A stretch of DNA of 64,000 nucleotides, taken from assembly GCA_965277715.1 (NCBI GenBank), contig OZ255836.1, forward strand, positions 576,001 to 640,000. The letters are read 5' to 3'. Position numbers and translations under genes: made by a program. This DNA is from Gammaproteobacteria bacterium (GTDB lineage Bacteria > Pseudomonadota > Gammaproteobacteria > JBCCGL01). The stretch's first letter is position 1. Every line of letters begins with the position of its first letter. Positions 1-9,300 of the stretch are shown piece by piece. The notes beneath the pieces were generated by a model. The model worked only from the letters and a program-made list of their open reading frames with translations. It did not search any database and was not told where the DNA came from.

Positions 1-1256
1 ATACCAGTGACGGGTGTGCCAGCGCTGCCCTGCACGGTGAACCGGGTCTGTGCATTGTCTTTAACCACCACCGTATCTTCCTGGTTAAAGCCGATAATGC
101 TGACGTTTTCCTGGAGTTCCACGCTGTTTTTCAGGATATAGGCGGGTCGGCCATTAAAGGTATTTTGTGGGTTATCGCCCATGCCGCCCCAGGCGCCACT
201 GGCAATATCCGAGCCGATAAAGGGCGTGGTGATGGCAAAGCTGTCGGTAGTCACATCGCTAATGGTGTAGGTGCCGCTGTAGTAACGGCTCTGGCCGATC
301 AACACAGTCGTATTGTCACTCAGGCCGTGACCGGCAGAGGTGCAGACCACCTTGGCGCCGGTTTCAGTCGCTGAGTCGGCAAAGGCGCTAATGGCGCTAT
401 AACTTGTGGTGCCCCATTTGGCCGTACCATCGGCAATAAAGTGGGCATTGATATCAAAGCCGTTGGCGGTGACATTGCTGATGCTGTAGTGACCGTTGTG
501 ATGGGCGCTTTGGGTAATCACAATCTGGGTGCCGTCGTCGAGTCCGTGGGCGGCGGCGGTACAGGTGACTTTGGTATTCGGTGAGTTGGTGGCGTTGGCA
601 AAGGCGGTGATTGCCTGCAACACCTGCCAGCGACCGCTATCGTTTGGCTCGTAGGCACCCTGGATGGGGCTGAGGGCTATGGTGCTGTTGGCGGCAATGA
701 CCGTGTCGGTGCCGAGGTTAAACACCTGGTCGAATTCCGCCTGGCTGTGAATTTTAACCGTGTTGGGGCCGAGCAGCAGGGTGTCCCTGGCCGCCGGGGC
801 CTCCAGCTTGCCGCTGCCATCGATAACGATATCGCCCGCATCGGCCCCAGAGAAAGTCAGGTCGAAGGCCAGCATGAAATCGGTGCTCGCTACCTTCTCG
901 GCCAGTTTTTCATCATTGGCGGCGTAAAGGGCAAAGAGTTCGCCGGTTTCCAGAAAAAAGCCGATTTCGTAGATGGGGTAAACATTGGGCACATCGGTGC
1001 CCTCGTCTTGCAATATGGCGGTTAAATGTAACTGGTTTTGCCGGTTGCCGATCAGTTCACCACCGGCAACGACAACCCGCTGGATTTCGTGTTTGAGCGC
1101 CGTCATGTCTTGGCTGGCGGTATAGGGGCCACTGCCCGCGCCGGCTTGACCATCGCCCACCGCCACCTCGGCGATGCGTGCAGACATGCCACGGTTTTTG
1201 GCATCGATCAGGGCGGTGATGCCCGCGTCGGTAATTATTGGGGTTAGTGTGCTCAT
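1..1256 (-). CDS. Tail fibre protein, copy 3 (5' part only; runs off the window)
   Basis: ATG at 1256 (MSTLTPIITDAG...). Bases 1-1256 match 4950-6205 at offset 4949 with scattered substitutions (e.g. TAILQDEGTDVPNVY vs TATLQDEGADVPSVY). Absent from the ORF track because no stop lies in the window. Confidence 0.9.
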   Translation of the reverse strand, partial: MSTLTPIITDAGITALIDAKNRGMSARIAEVAVGDGQAGAGSGPYTASQDMTALKHEIQRVVVAGGELIGNRQNQLHLTAILQDEGTDVPNVYPIYEIGFFLETGELFALYAANDEKLAEKVASTDFMLAFDLTFSGADAGDIVIDGSGKLEAPAARDTLLLGPNTVKIHSQAEFDQVFNLGTDTVIAANSTIALSPIQGAYEPNDSGRWQVLQAITAFANATNSPNTKVTCTAAAHGLDDGTQIVITQSAHHNGHYSISNVTANGFDINAHFIADGTAKWGTTSYSAISAFADSATETGAKVVCTSAGHGLSDNTTVLIGQSRYYSGTYTISDVTTDSFAITTPFIGSDIASGAWGGMGDNPQNTFNGRPAYILKNSVELQENVSIIGFNQEDTVVVKDNAQTRFTVQGSAGTPVTG

Positions 1257-1330
1257 TGGTTTATCTTTTCTGTTGGGGAACAGGAGGTTGTTTGGGATCG
1301 GGATGGTGTTATATGGTTATATGGTTATAT

Positions 1331-1405
1331 GGTTTGCACCAGACTCAGGTTAAAGCGGTAGTGACTGCGCACTGGCTTGAGCGCATCGATGGCCTGGTGC
1401 AATTT
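1331..1405 (-). pseudogene. Remnant of the 3' end of the gpI-like baseplate gene
   Basis: Translates as KLHQAIDALKPVRSHYRFNLSLVQT, matching gpI KLHQVIDAVKPVRSHYSFSLSLVQT at 11256-11330. Confidence 0.8.
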
Positions 1406-1500
1406 AGTGTGAAAACTGGACGATGAGTTTGCCTGCCGGTAATGGCAGAGTTTGCTGTCGCATACCTTGAAACAAGGCAATCACTGTCCCTAATCAACCA

Positions 1501-2106
1501 TTAGAGCAGAACAGGGCCAACAAGAGAGAATAGATAGGCGCTGCCGGCACTAGTCCCTCCCGTGTCTTCAAGATGAGCCCCAACGAGGGCGTGATCATCA
1601 CTGAGAGATACCGAAATACCGAAATAATCGGAGGTCTGTTTGTCATCCGCCTGTAGCTTATGCTCTTGTGCCCAGGTATTACCCTCCCGGCGGAAAATAT
1701 AGGCACTGCCGGCATGAGCCTCTCCCGTATCTTCAAGATAAGCCCCAACGAGGGCGCGATCACCACTGAGAGACACCGAATAACCGAAATAATCGCCGGC
1801 CTGTTTGTCATCCGCCTGCAGTTTATACTCGGGTACCCAGGTACTACCCTCCCGGCGGAAAATATAGGCACTGCCGGCATTATCCTCTCCCGCATCTTCA
1901 CGATAAGCCCCAACGAGGGCGCGATCACCACTGAGAGACACCGAACGACCGAAATAACCACTGAGCTGTTTGTCACCCGACAGCAGTTTATACTCTTGTA
2001 CCCAGACATAACCCACCCGGCGGAAAATATAGGCACTGCCGGCATCAGCCTCTCCCGCATCTTCACGATAAGCCCCAACGAGGGCGCGATCACCACTGAG
2101 AGACAC
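1501..2106 (-). CDS. FG-GAP repeat beta-propeller fragment, probably the severed C-terminus of fibre 2
   Basis: About four 55-aa (165-bp) repeats of FGxSVSLSGDRALVGA...AGSAYIF. Starts mid-repeat at a GTG. A fifth homologous repeat lies inside fibre 2 at ~2525-2690. Confidence 0.75.
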   Translation of the reverse strand: MSLSGDRALVGAYREDAGEADAGSAYIFRRVGYVWVQEYKLLSGDKQLSGYFGRSVSLSGDRALVGAYREDAGEDNAGSAYIFRREGSTWVPEYKLQADDKQAGDYFGYSVSLSGDRALVGAYLEDTGEAHAGSAYIFRREGNTWAQEHKLQADDKQTSDYFGISVSLSDDHALVGAHLEDTGGTSAGSAYLFSLVGPVLL

Positions 2107-2257
2107 CGAATCGAAGTACCATTCCTAGTTCATATGGCCGGGGTTTATCCAAGTTACCAGGTAATGTCCTTTGCGGTGAGATATCGCCCCTGACGGCACA
2201 GTATCTCGCCCTCTGTATCGGACCACACCCGCCAACGGGACCCGTGACCGCTAATAG

Positions 2258-5200
2258 TCATCTTGGTCTCTTATACCGAATCAATACTCCATTCCTGGTA
2301 TCTGCCGTACCGGCGTTTAAATTACGCCATGTTATAACTACCGGCTTCCAATGCCAGTGCGCGTTTACGGTGAGATTTCCTTCTATGACCGCATTGCCAT
2401 CTACCTCTAGATTATCATCACCGGGATCCGAATTGCCGCCTATATGCACACCGCCGTTGACCGCTAATTTTGCAGCGGGGCTGGCGGTGCCGATACCGAC
2501 TTTGCCCTCTTTAATCACCCCCTGCAGTTGATACTCGTGTACCCAGGTACTACCCTCCCGGCGGAAAATATAGGCACTGCCGGTATTAGGCCCTTCCGTA
2601 TTTTCACCATGAGCCCCAACGAGGGCGCGATCACCATCGATAGACACCGAATAACCGAAACATTCGTTGACCTGTGCTTTAATCGCCTGCAGTTTCTGTT
2701 GCGTAGCGTTAACGACACTGGTATCAAGCCTACCGATGATTGATCCACTGATCGTGCCACTCACCGACAGGTCGCCACTAATATGGATATTGCCAGCGCT
2801 ATCAACCGTTAACGCTGCCGTGCCATCCTCTTTGTATAATTGCAAAGCACCCCCGTCAGTAATACTGATACGGTTGGTGCCACCGGCATCTTTTAAGGTT
2901 AAATTACCGTTATCCGGCAGGCTGATACGGGCAGTGCCATCGGCATCTTTGATATCGCCGCCACTGACCTTCAGATCACCCGTAACTGTGGCATCGCCAT
3001 CCACCTCTAAATTATTATCGCCGGGATTTGAAACGCCGCCTATATGTACACCCCCGTCGACCGCTAATTTTGCAGCGGGGCTAGCAGTGCCGATACCGAC
3101 GTTGCCATTTTTAATCACCATCTGGACGGTGCCGCCAGTACCGGCGTTCAATGCACCATCGTTATGGCTACCGCCCTTAAACCACGCGAAGTTATAGGCA
3201 GTTCTAAAATATTGGGTGTGACTCTGTATTCCTATACCGTAATCGGTGCCCCACATGTCAATCATCTGACTCGTATTTTGGTCGAAGCCCATCTTACCAC
3301 TCACCACCAAGTCACCACTGAGGTCGATATTGCCAGAGGTATTAACCGTTAACGCCGCAGTGCCACCGTCCTCGTGCAATTGCAAGGCACCCCCGTCAGC
3401 AATACTGATACGGCTGGTGCCACCGGCATCTTTTAAGGTTAAATTACCGTTATCCGGCAGGCTGATACGGGCAGTGCCGCCGGTATCTTTGATATCGCCG
3501 CCACTGACTTGCAGGTCACCCGTGACGGTGGCATCGCCACTCACCGCCAGGTCACCACTGAGGCCGACATTACCTGTGCTATCAACTGTTAACGCCGCCG
3601 TGCCACCGTCCTCGTGTAATTGCAAGGCACCCCCGTCAGCAATACTGATACGGCTGGTGCCACCGGCATCTTTTAAGGTTAAATTACCGTTATCCGGCAG
3701 GCTGATACGGGCAGTGCCATCGGCATCTTTGATATCGCCGCCACTGACCTTCAGATCACCCGTGACGGTGGCATCGCCATCCACCACTAATTTTGCATCG
3801 GGGTTAGTGGTGCCGATACCGACATTGCCCTCTTCAATCACCATCTGGACGGTGCCGCCAGTACCGGCGTTGAATTTTGCATCGTTATGGCTACCGCCCT
3901 TAAACCACGCGAAATTGTGCTCGGTTCTAAAATATTGAGTATGAGTCTGTACTCCAATACCGAACACAGTATTCCACAAGTTAATCATTTGTCGCACAGT
4001 TGCGCCGAAGCTCGCCTTGCCATTAGCCACCGACAGGTCACCACTGAGGCCGACATTACCTGTGCTATCAACCGTTAACGCCGCCGTGCCACCGTCCTCG
4101 TGTAATTGCAAGGCACCCCCGTCAGCAATACTGATACGGTTGGTGCCACCGGCATCCTTTAAGGTTAGATTACCGTTATCCGGCAGGCTGATACGGGCAG
4201 TGCCGCCGGTATCTTTGATATCGCCGCCACTGACTTGCAGGTCACCACTGAGGCTGACATTACCTGTGCTATCAACCGTTAACGCCGCTGTGCCACCGTC
4301 CTCGTGTAATTGCAAGGCACCCCCGTCGGCAATACTGATACGGTTGGTGCCACCGGCATCCTTTAAGGTTAGATTACCGTTATCCGGCAGGCTGATACGG
4401 GCAGTGCCGCCGGTATCTTTGATATCGCCGCCACTGACCTTCAGATCACCCGTGACGGTGGCATCGCCACTCACCGCCAGGTCACCACTGAGATCGACAT
4501 TGCCCGTACTATCCACCGTTAACGCTGCCGTGCCATCATTTTTGTTCAACTGCAAAACGTCGCCATCGGGCATTATCTGGCTGTTGCTACAATTCTCTGC
4601 CGTGCAGTTAAACAACCGCAGCAGTGCCTTGTCGCAACTGTGCGCGCCGCTGCCGCTGGCAGTGGCGATGCAGTCGTAAACAGTCAAGGTGGAGTGGTCG
4701 CATTGATACACCCCGCCGCCATTGGCCGCTTTGTTGTGGTGCAGTTGGGTGGCGGTGATCTGGGTGACATTATTGGCACCATACAGGCCACCACCATTGG
4801 CGCTGGTGTGATGATTAATGATTTTGCAGTTCAGTTCAGACTGTTCGCAGTAGTCCAGAAAAAAAGCGCCGCCCTGGTCAGTGCCGGTTAAGGCACCGCC
4901 CAAACCATTAACCCCACCACGGCCATCAAAACTCCAGCCACGCAACTGAATACCAGTGACGGGTGTGCCAGCGCTGCCCTGCACGGTGAACCGGGCCTGT
5001 GCATTGTCTTTAACCACCACCGTATCTTCCTGGTTAAAGCCGATAATGCTGACGTTTTCCTGGAGTTCCACGCTGTTTTTCAGGATATAGGCGGGGCGGC
5101 CATTAAAGGTATTCTCCGGGTTATCGCCCATGCCACCCCAGGCGCCACTGGCAATATCCGAGCCGATAAAGGGCGTGGTGATGGCAAAGCTGTCGGTAGT

Positions 5201-6205
5201 CACATCGCTAATAGTGTAGGTGCCGCTGTAGTAACGGCTCTGGCTGATCAACACAGTTGTATTGTCACTCAGGCCGTGACCGGCAGAGGTGCAGACCACC
5301 TTGGCGCCGGTTTCAGTCGCTGAGTCGGCAAAGGCGCTAATGGCGCTATAACTTGTGGTGCCCCATTTGGCCGTACCATCGGCAATAAAGTGGGCGTTGA
5401 TATCAAAGCCGTTGGCGGTGACATTGCTGATGCTGTAGTGACCGTTGTGATGGGCGCTTTGGGTAATCACAATCTGGGTGCCGTCGTCGAGTCCGTGGGC
5501 GGCGGCGGTACAGGTGACTTTGGTATTCGGTGAGTTGGTGGCGTTGGCAAAGGCGGTGATTGCCTGCAACACCTGCCAGCGACCGCTATCGTTTGGCTCG
5601 TAGGCACCCTGGATGGGGCTGAGGGCTATGGTACTGTTGGCGGCAATGACTGTGTCGGTGCCGAGGTTAAACACCTGGTCGAATTCCGCCTGGCTGTGAA
5701 TTTTAACCGTGTTGGGGCCGAGCAGCAGGGTGTCCCTGGCCGCCGGGGCCTCCAGCTTGCCGCTGCCATCGATGACGATATCGCCCGCATCGGCCCCAGA
5801 GAAAGTCAGGTCGAAGGCCAGCAGGAAGTCTGTGCCCGCTACCTTCTCGGCCAGCTTTTCATCATTGGCGGCGTAAAGGGCAAAGAGTTCGCCGGTTTCC
5901 AGAAAAAAGCCGATTTCGTAGATGGGGTAGACGCTGGGTACATCGGCGCCCTCGTCTTGCAATGTGGCGGTTAAATGTAACTGGTTTTGCCGGTTGCCGA
6001 TCAGTTCACCACCGGCAATGACAACCCGCTGGATTTCGTGTTTGAGGGCTGTCATATCCTGGGTGGCGGTATAGGGGCCACTGCCCGCGCCGGTTTGACC
6101 ATCGCCCACCGCCACCTCGGCGATGCGTGCAGACATGCCACGGTTTTTGGCATCGATCAGGGCGGTGATGCCCGCGTCGGTAATTATTGGGGTTAGTGTG
6201 CTCAT
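2258..6205 (-). CDS. Tail fibre protein, copy 2 (1315 aa)
   Basis: P2 gpH-like baseplate-anchoring N-terminus (ITDAG...AVGDG...YEIGFF), GG-rich beta-helix-like region, GNVGIGT-type shaft repeats, one FG-GAP repeat near the C-terminus. Confidence 0.88.
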   Translation of the reverse strand: MSTLTPIITDAGITALIDAKNRGMSARIAEVAVGDGQTGAGSGPYTATQDMTALKHEIQRVVIAGGELIGNRQNQLHLTATLQDEGADVPSVYPIYEIGFFLETGELFALYAANDEKLAEKVAGTDFLLAFDLTFSGADAGDIVIDGSGKLEAPAARDTLLLGPNTVKIHSQAEFDQVFNLGTDTVIAANSTIALSPIQGAYEPNDSGRWQVLQAITAFANATNSPNTKVTCTAAAHGLDDGTQIVITQSAHHNGHYSISNVTANGFDINAHFIADGTAKWGTTSYSAISAFADSATETGAKVVCTSAGHGLSDNTTVLISQSRYYSGTYTISDVTTDSFAITTPFIGSDIASGAWGGMGDNPENTFNGRPAYILKNSVELQENVSIIGFNQEDTVVVKDNAQARFTVQGSAGTPVTGIQLRGWSFDGRGGVNGLGGALTGTDQGGAFFLDYCEQSELNCKIINHHTSANGGGLYGANNVTQITATQLHHNKAANGGGVYQCDHSTLTVYDCIATASGSGAHSCDKALLRLFNCTAENCSNSQIMPDGDVLQLNKNDGTAALTVDSTGNVDLSGDLAVSGDATVTGDLKVSGGDIKDTGGTARISLPDNGNLTLKDAGGTNRISIADGGALQLHEDGGTAALTVDSTGNVSLSGDLQVSGGDIKDTGGTARISLPDNGNLTLKDAGGTNRISIADGGALQLHEDGGTAALTVDSTGNVGLSGDLSVANGKASFGATVRQMINLWNTVFGIGVQTHTQYFRTEHNFAWFKGGSHNDAKFNAGTGGTVQMVIEEGNVGIGTTNPDAKLVVDGDATVTGDLKVSGGDIKDADGTARISLPDNGNLTLKDAGGTSRISIADGGALQLHEDGGTAALTVDSTGNVGLSGDLAVSGDATVTGDLQVSGGDIKDTGGTARISLPDNGNLTLKDAGGTSRISIADGGALQLHEDGGTAALTVNTSGNIDLSGDLVVSGKMGFDQNTSQMIDMWGTDYGIGIQSHTQYFRTAYNFAWFKGGSHNDGALNAGTGGTVQMVIKNGNVGIGTASPAAKLAVDGGVHIGGVSNPGDNNLEVDGDATVTGDLKVSGGDIKDADGTARISLPDNGNLTLKDAGGTNRISITDGGALQLYKEDGTAALTVDSAGNIHISGDLSVSGTISGSIIGRLDTSVVNATQQKLQAIKAQVNECFGYSVSIDGDRALVGAHGENTEGPNTGSAYIFRREGSTWVHEYQLQGVIKEGKVGIGTASPAAKLAVNGGVHIGGNSDPGDDNLEVDGNAVIEGNLTVNAHWHWKPVVITWRNLNAGTADTRNGVLIRYKRPR

Positions 6206-6224
6206 TGGTTTATCTTTTCTGTTG
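4370..6224. repeat. Long direct repeat (constant fibre 5' region); other copies at ~9300-11157 and 1-1275
   Basis: Near-identical by eye at offsets +4933 and -4949, and includes the upstream leader (TTGGTTTATCTTTTCTGTTGG on the + strand). Confidence 0.9.
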
Positions 6225-6314
6225 GAGGGGCAGGGGGTGGTTGGATTGCTGAGTAGCTGCTTGCCTCGTTTTCTGCGGGTGTCTTTATAGCAATTTGCTC
6301 TTGATAAGCGCTAA

Positions 6315-9300
6315 TTAGCTTTTCAAGTCGGCGTAATATTGCTCCAGGCGTTCGATTTTGCTTTCCAGAACGGTTTTTTCGCGGTGTCCCTCTTGGATGG
6401 CGCTGATGCATAGCATCAACACACTGTCATAATCAATGGAGCGGAAATCATCGACCTGTTTGCCGTAGACAAAGACTTTGTCCACGGGGGTTTTCCAGTC
6501 GCTCACAGTAAATGAGTATGCGTCCTCAACCGCAATAATGTCTTTGTCCACTTGGCCTTGTTCGTCGACGATCAGTCTGATCTTGTCGCCTACTTGCAGG
6601 TTATGGGGGGCAGTCAGGTAGAGGCTTAAGCGCGATTGATCCGCGTGGTAGTCGATGGCAGAGGCAAGGGTATAAATATCGGGAATAAAATCTGTCGACT
6701 GTTGTACTGCCTGAGGAAAGACCGTTTCAAGCTGCTGGGCAATTAGACCTTTTTTCTCATCGCTGCCCTTTTGCACGGTATCGATATAAGCGTAATCCGT
6801 CACCTCTATATTAAGTAGTTTGGTTACATCCGCCGCCGCATTGGAGCGCTGTTTAATCTGCTTGATTCTTTGGTCTGACACGGCTTGAAACTCGGTAGAT
6901 CTGATGGCGTTATCTGCTTTTATGCTGACATCCCAAGTACTGGTAACACGGCCTATACTACCGCTGCTAGACAAGTATCCATAAGTAGCGCGTGACGAAG
7001 TACCACCCGCCACATGCAGTGGAAAACCAGGGCTAGTGGTGCCGATACCGACTTTGCTACCTTTAATCACCATCTGGACGGTGCCGCCAGTACCGGCGTC
7101 TAACTCGTCACCGTTATGGCTACCACCCTTAAACCACGCGAAATTATACTCGGTTCTAAAGTATTGGGTATGATGCTGTACTCCGATACTGTACTGAGTA
7201 CTCCACAAATCAATCATCTGGCGCGTGGTTGTGCCGAAGTCCATCTTGCCACCCACCCGCAAATTATTATCGCCAGGATCCGAGTCGCCGCCTATATGCA
7301 CCCCCCCGTTGACCGCTAATTTTGCAGCGGGGCTGGCGGTGCCGATACCGACATTGCCCTCGCTGTCAACCGTTAACGCCGCCGTGCCACCGTCCTCGTG
7401 TAATTGCAAAGCACCCCCGTCAGCAATGCTGATACGGCTGGTGCCACCGGCATCTTTTAAGGTTAGATTACCGTTATCCGGCAGGCTGATACGGGCAGTG
7501 CCGCCGGTATCTTTGATATCGCCGCCACTGACCTTCAGATCACCCGTGACTGTGGCATCGCCATCCACTACTAATTTTGCATCGGGGCTAGCAGTGCCGA
7601 TACCGACGTTGCCATCTTTAATCACCATCTGTACGGTGCCGCCAGTACCAGCGTTGAACTGGTCATCGTTATGGCTACCGCCCTTAAACCACGCGAAGTT
7701 AAGCGCAGTTCTAAAATATTGGGTGTGATACTGTATTCCTATACCGTAATCGGTGCCCCACATGTCAATCATCTGACTCAGATTTTCGTCGAAGTCCATC
7801 TTACCACTCACCACCAAGTCACCACTGAGGTCGATATTGCCAGAGGTATTAACCGTTAACGCCGCAGTGCCACCGTCCTCGTGCAATTGCAAGGCACCCC
7901 CGTCAGCAATGCTGATACGGCTGGTGCCACCGGCATCTTTTAAGGTTAAATTACCGTTATCCGGCAGGCTGATACGGGCAGTGCCATCGGCATCTTTGAT
8001 ATCGCCGCCACTGACCTTCAGATCACCCGTGACGGTGGCATCGCCATCCACCACTAATTTTGCATCGGGGTTAGTGGTGCCGATACCGACGTTGCCCTCT
8101 TCAATCACCATCTGGACGGTGCCGCCAGTACCGGCGTTGAATTTTGCATCGTTATGGCTACCGCCCTTAAACCACGCGAAATTATGCTCGGTTCTAAAAT
8201 ATTGAGTATGAGTCTGTACTCCAATACCGAACACAGTATTCCACAAGTTAATCATTTGTCGCACAGTTGCGCCGAAGCTCGCCTTGCCATTAGCCACCGA
8301 CAGGTCACCACTGAGGCCGACATTACCTGTGCTATCAACTGTTAACGCCGCCGTGCCACCGTCCTCGTGTAATTGCAAGGCACCCCCGTCAGCAATGCTG
8401 ATACGGCTGGTGCCACCGGCATCCTTTAAGGTTAGATTACCGTTATCCGGCAGGCTGATACGGGCAGTGCCGCCGGTATCTTTGATATCGCCGCCACTGA
8501 CTTGCAGGTCACCACTGAGGCTGACATTACCTGTGCTATCAACCGTTAACGCCGCCGTGCCACCATCCTTGTGTAATTGCAAGGCACCCCCGTCGGCAAT
8601 GCTGATACGGCTGGTGCCACCGGCATCTTTGATATCACCACCACTGACCTTCAGATCACCCGTGACGGTGGCATCGCCATCCACTACTAATTTTGCATCG
8701 GGGCTGGCGGTGCCGATACCGACGTTGCCATCTTTAATCACCATCTGGACGGTGCCGCCAGTACCGGCGTTCAATGCACCATCGTTATGGCTGCCGCCCT
8801 TAAACCACGCGAAGTTAACCCCAGTTCTAAAGTATTGGGTGCTACTTTGAATTCCTATACCGTACCCGGTGCCCCACATGTCAATCATCTGACTCAGATT
8901 TTCGTCGAAGCCCACCTTGCCACTCACTGCCAGGTCACCACTGAGATCGACATTGCCCTCGCTGTCAACCGTTAACGCCGCCGTGCCACCGTCCTCGTGC
9001 AATTGCAAGGCACCCCCGTCAGCAATACTGATACGGTTGGTGCCACCGGCATCTTTTAAGGTTAGATTACCGTTATCCGGCAGGCTGATACGGGCAGTGC
9101 CGCCGGTATCTTTGATATCGCCGCCACTGACTTGCAGGTCACCCGTGACGGTGGCATTGCCACTCACCGCCAGGTCACCACTGAGGTCGATATTGCCAGC
9201 GGTATCAACCGTTAACGCCGCTGTGCCACCGTCCTCGTGTAATTGCAAGGCACCCCCGTCGGCAATACTGATACGGCTGGTGCCACCGGCATCCTTTAAG

